A program made the translations under genes and the position numbers. A stretch of 64,000 bases of DNA from an uncultured Actinomycetes bacterium (lineage in GTDB: Bacteria > Actinomycetota > Thermoleophilia > UBA2241): NCBI GenBank assembly GCA_963764225.1, contig CAVXRL010000008.1, positions 255,304 to 319,303 on the forward strand, written 5' to 3'. Position 1 is the first letter of the stretch. Every line of letters begins with the position of its first letter. The notes beneath the pieces are model-generated. The model made no database searches. It was not told the DNA's origin and was given only the letters and a program-made list of their open reading frames with translations. Of the stretch, positions 44,626 to 56,661 are shown in pieces.

Positions 44626-45465
44626 ATGCCGGCCGCGCCGACCTTCGCGCTCGAGCTGCAGTTCCCGGCGGTCATGGGGATCGTCAACGTCACGCCCGAC
44701 TCGTTCTCGGACGGCGGGCAGTTCTTCGCCGCCGACGCCGCCCTGGAGCAGGCCCTCACGCTGGTGCGTGAGGGCGCCGCGGTCATCGACATCGGCGGCG
44801 AGTCCACGCGGCCGGGCTCCGAGCTGGTCACCCTGGACGAGGAGCTGCGCCGCGTGCTGCCGGTGGTCGAGGCGCTCGCCGGCAGCGTCGGGGTCCCCAT
44901 CTCCGTCGACACGATGAAGGCCGAGGTCGCCCGGCGCGCGCTCGCGTCCGGCGCGACCATGCTGAACGACGTGAGCGCGTTCCGCTACGACGAGGAGATG
45001 GTGGACGTGGTGGCCGAGTCCGGCGCGCCGGTCTGCCTCATGCACATGCAGGGCATGCCCAAGACCATGCAGGAGGACCCCCGGTACGACGACGTGGTGG
45101 ACGAGGTCCTCGCGTTCCTCGAGGCGCGCCTGGCGTTCGCGCTGGCCCGCGGCGTGCGCGAGGAGCAGGTCATGATCGACCCCGGCATCGGGTTCGGCAA
45201 GACCGTGGCGCACAACCTGGCGCTGCTCGACGGTCTGCACCGGTTCACCGCGCTCGGCCGTCCCGTCCTGCTCGGCGCCTCCCGCAAGCGGTTCCTCGGG
45301 GCGATCCTGGGCGCGGAGCCGTCCGGCCGCGCCACCGGGACGGTGGCGACCACCGTCATCGGCTACCTCGCCGGGGCGCACATCTTCCGCGTCCACGACG
45401 TCAAACCCAACTTTGAGGCGCTGCGCGTAGCCCTCGCGGTGCGCGAGGGCGTCGTCGCCCCCTGA
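44626..45465 (+). CDS. folP: dihydropteroate synthase
   Basis: GIVNVTPDSFSDGG and DIGGESTRPG motifs. Confidence 0.9.
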   Translation: MPAAPTFALELQFPAVMGIVNVTPDSFSDGGQFFAADAALEQALTLVREGAAVIDIGGESTRPGSELVTLDEELRRVLPVVEALAGSVGVPISVDTMKAEVARRALASGATMLNDVSAFRYDEEMVDVVAESGAPVCLMHMQGMPKTMQEDPRYDDVVDEVLAFLEARLAFALARGVREEQVMIDPGIGFGKTVAHNLALLDGLHRFTALGRPVLLGASRKRFLGAILGAEPSGRATGTVATTVIGYLAGAHIFRVHDVKPNFEALRVALAVREGVVAP

Positions 45466-45484
45466 TCGGCAAGGAGACCGCACC

Positions 45485-45851
45485 ATGACGCGAAGCCTGT
45501 CCATCGTCCTCAACGGCATCGAGCTGCGCGGGCGCTGCGGCGTCACCGCCCAGGAGCGGGCCATCGGCCAGACGCTCTCCATCGACGTGCGCCTCGATCC
45601 GCAGCCGCGCGGCGCCGGCCAGAGCGACGAGCTCGAGGACACCGTCAACTACAGCCAGATCGTCAACTACGTGCGCGGCGTGGTGGAGGGCGGCGAGTTC
45701 AAGTTGCTCGAGCGGCTCGCCACCGTGCTCTGCGACGGCCTCTGGGACGAGTTCGACCCAGTGACTCGTCGAGGTGGCCGTCAGCAAGATCGCGCCGCCC
45801 GTGGCGCTGCCCGTGCACGCGGCGCGCGTCGAGGTGGTACGCACCTCTTGA
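45485..45851 (+). pseudogene. folB: dihydroneopterin aldolase, with a +1 frameshift near 45765-45775
   Basis: N-terminal part (GIELRGRCGVTAQERAIGQTLSIDV) in the frame of ORF 45485. The sensible C-terminus (...EVAVSKIAPPVALPVHAARVEVVRTS*) is in another frame and ends with a TGA that overlaps the folK TTG. Confidence 0.6.
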
Positions 45852-46357
45852 CCGGGGCCTCGGGCAAGCGGGCGTTCGTCTCGCTCGGCTCCAACCGCGG
45901 CGACCGGGCCGGGTACCTGGCCGCCGCGCGCGAAGCGCTCTCGGCGCTGCCCGGCACCGTGGTCGTCGCCGCGTCCCGGCTGTACGAGACGGCGCCGCAG
46001 GACCTCGAGGGCCAGGACGCGTTCCTCAACCAGGTGCTCTGCCTGGAGACCGGGCTCCAGCCGCTGGACCTGCTGCACGAGTGCCAGCGCATCGAGCGCG
46101 AGCACGGGCGCACACGGGAGCTCAGATTCGGCCCGCGCACGCTCGATATCGATATACTCCTCTTCCAAGACGCCGAGTCCGACGACCCCGAGCTCACGCT
46201 CCCTCACCCGCGCATGGTCAAGCGGGCGTTCGTGCTCGTGCCGCTCGCCGAGGTGTGGGACCACGCCCGAGGCATGACGGACCTCGACGTCGACGCTCTG
46301 GGCCGGGAGACCTCCCGTGTCCAGCAGGTGAGGCTGTACGACGCCACGGAAGGGTGA
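45848..46357 (+). CDS. folK: 2-amino-4-hydroxy-6-hydroxymethyldihydropteridine diphosphokinase
   Basis: AFVSLGSNRGDR...LYETAP...GPRTLDIDILLF motifs. TTG start overlapping the folB stop (TTGA). Confidence 0.8.
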   Translation: MTGASGKRAFVSLGSNRGDRAGYLAAAREALSALPGTVVVAASRLYETAPQDLEGQDAFLNQVLCLETGLQPLDLLHECQRIEREHGRTRELRFGPRTLDIDILLFQDAESDDPELTLPHPRMVKRAFVLVPLAEVWDHARGMTDLDVDALGRETSRVQQVRLYDATEG

Positions 46358-46395
46358 GCGGTGACCGATGAGCAGACGGCGTTGAGGCGGGTCTC

Positions 46396-48051
46396 GTGAC
46401 TCGCCCTTACGTCGCCATCCGTTCCGGCGAACCACTGCACCGGCGCAGCTTCGACGTGCTCGTGCTGGGCGGCGGCATCGCCGGCCTCACGGCCGCCATC
46501 GGCGCCGCCCGCCGCTGGCGCGTCGGCCTGCTGACCAAGTCCACCTTCGAGGAGACCACCACGTTCCTCGCGCAGGGCGGCATCGCCGCCGCCATCGGCG
46601 AGGGCGACTCGCCGGAACTGCACTTCGCCGACACGCTGCAGGCCGGCGCCGGGCTGTGCGACGAAGAGGCGGTCCGGGTGCTGGTCAGCGAGGGTCCGGA
46701 CCGCGTGCGCGAGCTCATGGAGATCTGCCCGCGGTTCGACAAGGTCGACGGGCAGATCGTGCTCGGGCGCGAGGGCGCGCACTCGCTGCCGCGCATCGTG
46801 CACGCCGGCGGCGACGCCACCGGCAGCGAGGTCTCCAGCGCGCTCGCCGAGGCCGCCCGCCTCGGCAGTCGCGTGCAGCTCTACGAGGACGAGTTCGTCA
46901 TCGACCTGCTCACGGTGGACGGCCGCTGCGTGGGCGCGCTCACCCTCAACCTGGCCGACGGCGGGCTCACGCTCAACGTGGCCATGGTCACCGTGCTGGC
47001 CACCGGCGGCGCCGGGCAGGTCTACGGGCGCACCACCAACCCGCCGGTCGCCACGGGGGACGGCGTGGCCATGGCCTACCGGGCCGGCGCCGCCATCCGC
47101 GACCTCGAGTTCGTGCAGTTCCACCCCACCGGTCTGGCTCTGCCGGGGCAGGAGACCGTGCAGCTCATCACCGAGGCCCTGCGCGGCGAGGGCGCGTACC
47201 TGCGCAACGCCGCCGGCGAGCGTTTCATGTCCCAGTACGACACGCGCGCCGAGCTGGCTTCGCGCGACATCGTGGTGCGCGGCATGGTCGCCGAGATGCG
47301 CAAGGAGGACGCCGACCACGTCTACCTCGACGCCACGCACCTCGAGAGCGCGTGGCTGTACGAGCGGTTCCCGAGCGTGACGGCCGGCCTCCGCGAGCAC
47401 GGCCTCGACCTGGCCACGCAGCTCATCCCGGTGGCTCCCGTGTGCCACTACTTCATCGGCGGCGTCGTCACCGACGTGTGGGGGCGGACCACGGTCCCCG
47501 GCCTGTACGCGAGCGGGGAGGTGGCGAGCACGGGAGTGCACGGCGCCAACCGGCTGGCGAGCAACTCGCTGCTCGAGGGACTCGTGTTCAGCGACCGTGT
47601 GGTGCGCGACCTCGACCGCTACATCGGGCGCCTGGGCGAAGACGTACGGCGCCTGAGCTTCGACATCCCGGAGGCGACACCGGGCGGCGGCAGGAGCGAC
47701 GCAGCCGCCGCCCGCCGCCGGCTCACCGCCGTCATGCAGGAGCAGGTCGGGGTGCTCCGCCGCGCTGCCGACCTGAAGGCCGCGCTGGACGAGCTCAGCG
47801 GCCTGGCCACCTACCTGCGGTTCGGTCACATGGGCGAATCCGAGTACGAGGTGCTCAACATGCTCACGCTGGGCACGCAGATCGCCAAGTGCGCGCTGCT
47901 CCGTGAGGAGTCTCGCGGCGTACACCTCCGGGACGACTTCCCCGAGCTGGACGACGCGAAGTGGCGCAAGCACATCACGCTGCGCCTCCCGAAGCACGAG
48001 CGCTCCGAGGGCGTGGGCAAGGTGACCCCGAGCGGAGGAGGCGGACGATGA
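46396..48051 (+). CDS. nadB: L-aspartate oxidase
   Basis: VLVLGGGIAGLTAA FAD-binding motif. Confidence 0.9.
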   Translation: MTRPYVAIRSGEPLHRRSFDVLVLGGGIAGLTAAIGAARRWRVGLLTKSTFEETTTFLAQGGIAAAIGEGDSPELHFADTLQAGAGLCDEEAVRVLVSEGPDRVRELMEICPRFDKVDGQIVLGREGAHSLPRIVHAGGDATGSEVSSALAEAARLGSRVQLYEDEFVIDLLTVDGRCVGALTLNLADGGLTLNVAMVTVLATGGAGQVYGRTTNPPVATGDGVAMAYRAGAAIRDLEFVQFHPTGLALPGQETVQLITEALRGEGAYLRNAAGERFMSQYDTRAELASRDIVVRGMVAEMRKEDADHVYLDATHLESAWLYERFPSVTAGLREHGLDLATQLIPVAPVCHYFIGGVVTDVWGRTTVPGLYASGEVASTGVHGANRLASNSLLEGLVFSDRVVRDLDRYIGRLGEDVRRLSFDIPEATPGGGRSDAAAARRRLTAVMQEQVGVLRRAADLKAALDELSGLATYLRFGHMGESEYEVLNMLTLGTQIAKCALLREESRGVHLRDDFPELDDAKWRKHITLRLPKHERSEGVGKVTPSGGGGR

Positions 48052-48887
48052 GCGCGCGCAGCTATCGGCTCGCCGCCCGGACCGCCGTGCGCCGCGCCCT
48101 GCGTGAGGACCTCGCCGGCTACGGCGACCTCACCGGCTCGGCGTTCGAGGGCGACGGGGCCGCGCGCGTGGTCGCGCGCGAGGCCGGCGTGCTGTCTGGC
48201 ATCGCGACCCTCGAGGAGACCGCGAGGCAGGTGGACCCGGCGCTCGCCGTGGAGATCCTCATCCACGACGGCGAGCGCTTCGAGGCCGGCGACGCCATCG
48301 CCGAGCTGCGCGGTCCCCTGGCGGCGATCCTCGCCTCCGAGCGCACCGCGCTCAACTTCCTGTGCCGCCTGAGCGGCGTGGCGACGCTGACGGCGACCTA
48401 CGCGGCCGAGACGGCCGGCACCCGGGCGCGCGTCGCCGCGACGCGCAAGACCACGCCCGGGCTGCGCGCCCTCGAGAAGCAGGCCGTGGTGGACGGCGGC
48501 GGCACGCCGCACCGGTTCGGCCTGTTCGACGGCGCCATGATCAAGGACAACCACGTGGCGGCGGCCGGCAGCGTCTCCGCGGCCGTGGAGCGCGTGCGCG
48601 CGGGCGCTGCGCACCTGCACGCGCTGGAGGTCGAGGTCGACACGCTCGAGCAGCTGGACGAGGCGCTCGCGGCCGGCGCGACCATCGTGCTGCTCGACAA
48701 CATGGACACCCCCACCGTGCGCGCGGCCGTGGAGCGTGTGGCCGGCCGCGCCCTCGTGGAGGTCAGCGGCGGCGTGCGGCTCGAGCGCGTGCGCGAGCTC
48801 GCCGAGGCCGGCGTTGACGTCATCTCCGCCGGCGCCCTCACCACGCGCGCGCCCTGGATCGACCTCGCACTCGACCTGGAGGTGTGA
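48048..48887 (+). CDS. nadC: nicotinate-nucleotide diphosphorylase (carboxylating)
   Basis: QPRTase family (...TRKTTPGLR...). ATGA overlap with nadB. GGAGGAGG RBS. Confidence 0.85.
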   Translation: MSARSYRLAARTAVRRALREDLAGYGDLTGSAFEGDGAARVVAREAGVLSGIATLEETARQVDPALAVEILIHDGERFEAGDAIAELRGPLAAILASERTALNFLCRLSGVATLTATYAAETAGTRARVAATRKTTPGLRALEKQAVVDGGGTPHRFGLFDGAMIKDNHVAAAGSVSAAVERVRAGAAHLHALEVEVDTLEQLDEALAAGATIVLLDNMDTPTVRAAVERVAGRALVEVSGGVRLERVRELAEAGVDVISAGALTTRAPWIDLALDLEV

Positions 48888-48888
48888 G

Positions 48889-49662
<774 letters not shown>

Positions 49663-49754
49663 GGCCGCGGGAGTGACGGGCGTGCCCGCGCCCGGAGCGC
49701 CGCGCGACGGGGACGTGCCGCCGCTCGCGAACGACCCGCCGGCGAACGACCCGC

Positions 49755-50708
49755 TTGCGGCGACCCCTGACGCTCGGCGGGCTGCGGCTCGACCGGCGCC
49801 TCTTCATGGCGCCGATGGCCGGTCTCACCACATCCTCGTTCCGGCGCAGCGTGCGCCGCTGGGGCGCCGGGCTGGTGTTCACCGAGATGATCTCGGCCTA
49901 CGGAGTGCACTACGACAACCGGCGCACGCTCGACTACTTCGCCCACGGTGAGGACGAGCACCCCCTGGGCTTCCAGCTGTTCGGCGCCGACGCGGACGTG
50001 CTGGCCGACGCCGCCGGGCGCGCGGTGGAGGCCGGCGCCGACGTGGTCGACCTCAACATGGCGTGCCCGGTGCGCAAGGTCGTCAAGACGGGCGCCGGGG
50101 CGGCGCTGCTGGCGGAGCCGGACCTCGCCGCCGCCGTCGTGGCGGCGGTGGTGCGCGCGGCCGGCGAAGCTTCGCCGCGCCGCCCCGTGCCCGTGACCGT
50201 CAAGATCCGGGCCGGCCTGCGCGAGGGCGACGGCCTGGGAGCGGCGCTCGCGCCGCGGCTGGTCGAGGCGGGGGCCGCGGCGGTGTGCATCCACCCGCGC
50301 ACGGCCGCTCAGCTGTACCGCGGGCTCGCCGACCACCGGGTGACGTTCGCGCTCGCCGCGGCGCTGCCCGTCCCGGTGGTCGCCTCCGGCGACGTGGACG
50401 GGAGGGACGCGGCGCTGCGGCTGCTGGAGGGCGGCGCCGCGGCGGTGATGCTCGCCCGCGGCGCCGTGGGCGCGCCGTGGCTGTTCGCCCAGGTGCTGGG
50501 CGCCGCCGAGCCGGAGGCCGCCGAGAAGCTCGAGGAGGTGCGCCGCTTCGCGGCGGAGGCCTTCGACGAGCTCGGCGGCCGCGCCGTGGGTCACCTGCGC
50601 CAGTTCTGGGGCAAGTTCCGCCGCCACGGCGCCTTCGACAAGGAGCTCTCGGTGGGCCTCATGCGGGCGCGGGACGAGGCTGAGATACGCTCGCTGCTCG
50701 GCCTCTGA
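49755..50708 (+). CDS. dus: tRNA-dihydrouridine synthase
   Basis: LFMAPMAGLT and DLNMACP motifs. TTG start. Confidence 0.75.
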   Translation: MRRPLTLGGLRLDRRLFMAPMAGLTTSSFRRSVRRWGAGLVFTEMISAYGVHYDNRRTLDYFAHGEDEHPLGFQLFGADADVLADAAGRAVEAGADVVDLNMACPVRKVVKTGAGAALLAEPDLAAAVVAAVVRAAGEASPRRPVPVTVKIRAGLREGDGLGAALAPRLVEAGAAAVCIHPRTAAQLYRGLADHRVTFALAAALPVPVVASGDVDGRDAALRLLEGGAAAVMLARGAVGAPWLFAQVLGAAEPEAAEKLEEVRRFAAEAFDELGGRAVGHLRQFWGKFRRHGAFDKELSVGLMRARDEAEIRSLLGL

Positions 50709-50738
50709 CGCCCTCGCGTTGACGGCGCTTTGCTCGGT

Positions 50739-50767
50739 TTGCGCACGGGCCGGGCATGCCCTATACT
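50739..50767 (+). promoter_or_regulatory. candidate promoter for greA (TTGCGC-17 nt-TATACT)
   Basis: Hexamers with a 17-nt spacer, ~65 nt upstream of the greA GTG. Confidence 0.35.
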
Positions 50768-50831
50768 TGCTCGCCACTTCGGCGCGCGGCCTCGAACGGG
50801 GCCGCGTTGCCGCGTTGAAGAGGAGGCTTCA

Positions 50832-51311
50832 GTGGTCGATCGCGAGATCATCCTCACGCCTGAGGGCTTCCAGAGCCTCAAGGAAGAGGTCGAGTATCTC
50901 TCATCCGTCAAGCGCGATGAGGTCGCCGAGCGCATCCGTGCCGCTCGCGACTTCGGCGACATCTCGGAGAACTCGGAGTACGACGACGCCAAGAACGAGC
51001 AGGCCATGCTCGAGGCGCGCATCTACTCCCTCGAAGAGCGTCTGCGCAGCGCCATCGTCATCGACTCCGACAGCATCACCACCGACGTCGTCGGCGTCGG
51101 CACCAAGGTGACGCTTCAGGACATGCAGCGGGGTGACATCGTGCAGTACGCCATCGTCGGCTCGTCCGAGGCCGACCCGGGCGCGCACAAGCTGTCCAAC
51201 GAGTCGCCCGTGGGCCGCGCGATCATCGGTCACAAGCCCGGCGACAAGGTCACCGTGGCCGTCCCCCAGGGGTCCAAGAAGTTCAAGGTCCTGGCCATCG
51301 AGAAGGCCTGA
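50832..51311 (+). CDS. greA: transcription elongation factor GreA
   Basis: ILTPEGFQSLKEEVEYL...ENSEYDDAK sequence. GAGGAGG RBS. Confidence 0.9.
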   Translation: MVDREIILTPEGFQSLKEEVEYLSSVKRDEVAERIRAARDFGDISENSEYDDAKNEQAMLEARIYSLEERLRSAIVIDSDSITTDVVGVGTKVTLQDMQRGDIVQYAIVGSSEADPGAHKLSNESPVGRAIIGHKPGDKVTVAVPQGSKKFKVLAIEKA

Positions 51312-51319
51312 CCCACCCC

Positions 51320-52807
<1,488 letters not shown>

Positions 52808-52821
52808 TCACCGCGCCGGGG

Positions 52822-52868
52822 CCATCCGCCCCATCCGCCGCCGCCCACCAAGCCGCCGCCCACCAAGC
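52822..52868. repeat. two adjacent short tandem duplications (CCATCCGCC x2, then GCCGCCCACCAAGC x2)
   Basis: Read directly from the sequence, just downstream of the lysS stop. Confidence 0.5.
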
Positions 52869-52971
52869 GGTCCTCCCGCTCGTGTTGCCCGTCCGGTATC
52901 CGCTCGGACGTTGACTGCGGCTGACCCGGAGGAGATGCTGTGGCCGAGAGAGGGGTCCGAGCGGGGGGTGA

Positions 52972-53427
52972 GTGGTGGGAGAAGTACGCGCGCTGCGCGG
53001 GCCGGATCGGCGACGCGCGAAGCGCTGGTACGTTCACCACGAGCGGCGCACCGGCTTCGACCGGCGCCGCCGGCGACAGTCCACGGTGGGGGCGGTCTAC
53101 GACGCTACGCTCCTCCATCTCCGCGACCGCCCGGCGAGCCTCGCCGGCCTGCTGTTCCTCGGCAACCTGCTGAGCCTGACCGATCTGCTGCTGACTTGGG
53201 CTTGCCTGAGTCTGGGGGCGGCGGAGGTCAATCCCGTGATGCGCTACCTCCTGGCCGCGGAGCCGGCTACCGCCGCCGCGGCCAAGCTCGCTCTGATCGC
53301 CGCCGCGACGCTCGCGATCTGGGTGTTCCGCCGCTACCGCGTGGTGCTGGCGATCGCGCTGTACCTCACGACGTTCTACTGCCTGGTGGTGCTCTATGAG
53401 ACCGTCGGTCTGGCGCGACTCCTGTAG
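52972..53427 (+). CDS. small membrane protein with polybasic N-terminus (3-4 TM helices), unknown function
   Basis: MVGEVRALRGPDRRRAKRWYVHHERRTGFDRRRRRQ followed by hydrophobic helices that contain an E-V-N-P motif. GC3-biased codons. Confidence 0.5.
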   Translation: MVGEVRALRGPDRRRAKRWYVHHERRTGFDRRRRRQSTVGAVYDATLLHLRDRPASLAGLLFLGNLLSLTDLLLTWACLSLGAAEVNPVMRYLLAAEPATAAAAKLALIAAATLAIWVFRRYRVVLAIALYLTTFYCLVVLYETVGLARLL

Positions 53428-53699
53428 CCGAGACGGGCTGGTCACGCCTGCAGACGGGTGCCCGTTGCCCGTCCTGACCACGCGATATCCTCGTCGGCGT
53501 GTTCCAGTTGCTAAAGGGGAGTACGATGAAGCTGGCGACCGTGTTGAGTGAAGGGGTACAGGTCGCCGGACGCGGGCAACGTTCGTGACGGAGAGTCGCC
53601 GGCCAGGACCAAGGGTCAAGGCGCGGCGACGATAGTCGTTCCGTCATCCCCTTCACACGTGTGTGGGTTCCGGGCTGAGAGACCCGAGGAGGGAAGAGG

Positions 53700-55472
53700 A
53701 TGAGACGAGCACGGGGGGATCGCGGGTTCACGCTCGTTGAACTGCTCATCACCATAGTGCTGGCGGGCATTGTCTTCGCTGCGTTGGTGCCAGTGTTTGT
53801 CTCGGCGTCGCAGCAGGGGAGCACGGATCGCGCGCGCATCATCGCCATCAACACGGCGCAGAGTGCAGTCGAACGCTTGCGTGACCTTCCTTATGACGAT
53901 CTGTACGACACCCATTGGTCCGACCCCACGACAAGGGAGACCGTGCTCGGGCAGACTCTCGAGTGGAAGGGGTCGACCAGCGACCTGACCGTCGATGTTG
54001 AGCCGTATCCTCTGGGCAGCCAGAAGGGGGCTGAAAGATACCTTGTTGCCTCCGTCAAGGCCTCTTGGACCGGCCCTGGGGACCAGTCACACGAAGTTGT
54101 GATGAAGACGGCTATCTACAGGGAGGGTCTGGGAACGGAGACTCTCGTCCTGTACGTGACTCCTCTGACGGGTGGTGTAATCAGGCAGTCGACGGCGATG
54201 GTAACCGGCCGTCTCGGTGGTGTCGATGCCGCCAAGACCGAGAGCATCATCTTCACCGTGTACGCCAACAATGGGACCGTCATCGACAACTGGACCGTGA
54301 CTTCGGCAGAAGCGACCGTTCGCGCTGACGGCTATACGTACTACGAAGACGAGTGGGACGCCACCGCGTTGGAGGATGGCCGGTATTCCTTCGTCGCCAA
54401 GACTGTCCCGATGCACATGGACCCACTACCCCCGTCGGAATGGGCTCGCAAGGAGTACATCCTCGACCGTGAACCACCAAGCGACCAGGTCGTCGATACC
54501 TGTCACTACGGCTTCCAGATGTCGAGTTCCGAGACGGAACCCGAGCCCGAGCCCACGCCCTTCGTCTATCTCGCCTGGCATTCTGAAACGAGTCAGAGCG
54601 ACATTGATCACTTCGAAATTTCTCGTACGGGAGTAGCGGCTGGCGGCACCGCGCTGGCTCCGCTCCTCATCAACGTGCCGAACTGGAGCACCGAATACGT
54701 GGATCGCGATGTGATCGAGGGCGCAACGTACACCTACGCGATCCGTGGATGGGACACGCAGGACCAGCACGGGGAGTGGTCTCCAGAGCCTGGCACGGCC
54801 ATCGTTACAGCTTCGGACGCCGCCATCACTCCCGCCCCGCCCGAATCTCCCATCACCTACACAGTGAATGGACGCAGTGTCACCGTTATTTGGCAGCCCT
54901 CCACCACACCCGAACTGATCGATCACTACCGTATCTATCGTCAAGGCGCGGACGGGACGAGGCTGTTGGTGACCACGGTGGAAGCGGACACCGTCTCGCC
55001 GGACGATGGACTGTTGCGGTACCCTGACCCATTCGTCGACTACGGTGCCACCTACACCTACTTCATCACGTCGGTGGTCCTACTTGGCGCTCCGCCGCAA
55101 TGGGAAAGCCTGTCGCTCAGCGGGGCACCCGTCCGCGTGCCTGAACCACCCAAGGTCGGCATGAGGGTCTCCGTCTCTGTCAAGGCGGGCGTGACTGCCC
55201 CCAAACTCGCCCGCCTCGTCATCCACGATCTTGTCAATGGCGACCTGATTCCGGCAAACCCATGGGACTATGCGTCGATCAACCCCAGCAGCAGCAACGA
55301 GAACCAGAACACCTGGGTGACCGGCGACATCCTTTACCCGGGCAGTTACCAGGTGATTGCAGTCTTCTACGATCAGAACAGGAATGTCATAGCCGAGTAC
55401 CTCTCCGACTCCATTGAGCTCACGCAGTCTGACACACCCGTCACCGTGCCCTATGACGGCCCCAATCGATGA
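53700..55472 (+). CDS. large prepilin-type (type IV pilin-like) protein with FN3-like repeats (minor pilin / pilus-tip adhesin candidate)
   Basis: N-terminal class-III signal MRRARGDRG|FTLVELLITIVLAGIVFAALVPV, then a ~540-aa Thr/Pro-rich domain with Y-x-Y-x-I FN3-like strands. GGAGGGAAGAGG RBS. Region GC is ~55-58%. Confidence 0.65.
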   Translation: MRRARGDRGFTLVELLITIVLAGIVFAALVPVFVSASQQGSTDRARIIAINTAQSAVERLRDLPYDDLYDTHWSDPTTRETVLGQTLEWKGSTSDLTVDVEPYPLGSQKGAERYLVASVKASWTGPGDQSHEVVMKTAIYREGLGTETLVLYVTPLTGGVIRQSTAMVTGRLGGVDAAKTESIIFTVYANNGTVIDNWTVTSAEATVRADGYTYYEDEWDATALEDGRYSFVAKTVPMHMDPLPPSEWARKEYILDREPPSDQVVDTCHYGFQMSSSETEPEPEPTPFVYLAWHSETSQSDIDHFEISRTGVAAGGTALAPLLINVPNWSTEYVDRDVIEGATYTYAIRGWDTQDQHGEWSPEPGTAIVTASDAAITPAPPESPITYTVNGRSVTVIWQPSTTPELIDHYRIYRQGADGTRLLVTTVEADTVSPDDGLLRYPDPFVDYGATYTYFITSVVLLGAPPQWESLSLSGAPVRVPEPPKVGMRVSVSVKAGVTAPKLARLVIHDLVNGDLIPANPWDYASINPSSSNENQNTWVTGDILYPGSYQVIAVFYDQNRNVIAEYLSDSIELTQSDTPVTVPYDGPNR

Positions 55473-55482
55473 GAAGGCAGCC

Positions 55483-56661
55483 ATGAAGCGCGCCGTTTCA
55501 GCTGAGGACATGCGGGTCGGTGGTTCGAGTTCCGGCAGCAGTCTGATCATGCTCATCGGCGTCGTGGCGGCGCTCGCCCTGCTTGCCGCGACGCTGGTCG
55601 CGGTGCTGGCGAATGCGCAGCATGCCACCTCCATGAACCGGGCTAAGACGAGCTCCTTCGACATTGCCGAGGCGGCCGTCGATGTGACGATGGAGAGGTT
55701 GTCGCAGCAGTGGCCGGACGACACCGCCCAGTGGACTCCGGCCACCTTTGCTACCATCGCCCCACAGTTCGCCACGACCTTCGGTGTGACTCCCAACGCG
55801 ACCAGCGGTGATGCCGTCTGGGTGCTCGTACGGGACGATGCGGGCGCGGACATAACCTCGGCTCCCGCCTACGATGAGAACGGCAACGGGTTCCTGTGGG
55901 TCGACGCTCAGGCGCGCGTGAACGACGCCTCATCCCGCATCCGGACAATGATCCAAGCCAAGTTCTACGAGATGAACCTACCGAAGGGCGTGGCCGTTTG
56001 TGCGGACGGCGACCTGCTCAGCAATGCTCCAGGTGGAACGACGTCGTCCGGCAAGAACAAGATCGGTGCCGGCGATGTCTCTGTCGGCGGCCAGCAACCT
56101 GTGTCCATCGCGATCTGGGGGTCCATCCAGAATCCTGAGGTGGCTTGGCCGTACGTCGATCAGAACCCGCCGTACAAGCCCCACGCTCAGGATCTCATCC
56201 CCCCCGACCTTATCGCCGACCTCAGGGCGATCGCCGAGAGCACGGGCAAGCTGTTCACCGGAGGCGCAATGCCCTCACGCGAAGACCTGGAGGGGCTTTG
56301 TGTGGTAGAGGCTGGCCCCGGCATCACGGTGCAACTGGGCCAGAACGGCAGGACGGAAGCCTTCAACAGCCCGACTAAGCCGGGAATTCTGCTCGTCCTC
56401 GGGGGAGCGGGTCTTAAGCTCGCCGGAAACACCGAGTACTACGGGGTGGTCTACACGGAGGGCGACATCGGCGTGGCGCAGGGAAACCCGATCATCTACG
56501 GAATGGTGGTTACGAAGGGCACCTTCGACATGGGTGGAGTGGCGCAGGTTATCTACCGTGAGGACTGTTTGGCGAACCTCAATCGTCAGTTTCAGACATC
56601 CACCCGTATCGTGCCGAACTACTGGCGTGAACTTACGCCGGTCGACTACTCGTTGCCATGA
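55483..56661 (+). CDS. PilX-like pilus assembly/minor pilin protein
   Basis: N-terminal hydrophobic segment (LIMLIGVVAALALLAATLVAV) followed by ...RAKTSSFDIAEAAVDVTMERL, which resembles the PilX_N pattern. ATG at 55513 is an alternative start. Confidence 0.5.
   Translation: MKRAVSAEDMRVGGSSSGSSLIMLIGVVAALALLAATLVAVLANAQHATSMNRAKTSSFDIAEAAVDVTMERLSQQWPDDTAQWTPATFATIAPQFATTFGVTPNATSGDAVWVLVRDDAGADITSAPAYDENGNGFLWVDAQARVNDASSRIRTMIQAKFYEMNLPKGVAVCADGDLLSNAPGGTTSSGKNKIGAGDVSVGGQQPVSIAIWGSIQNPEVAWPYVDQNPPYKPHAQDLIPPDLIADLRAIAESTGKLFTGGAMPSREDLEGLCVVEAGPGITVQLGQNGRTEAFNSPTKPGILLVLGGAGLKLAGNTEYYGVVYTEGDIGVAQGNPIIYGMVVTKGTFDMGGVAQVIYREDCLANLNRQFQTSTRIVPNYWRELTPVDYSLP

Noticed and set aside
52972-53427. 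Possibility that the small polybasic membrane protein is a Tad-type (CpaA/TadV-like) prepilin peptidase for the adjacent pilins
   Set aside because: Size fits, but the paired catalytic aspartates in cytoplasmic loops are absent from the second half of the protein.
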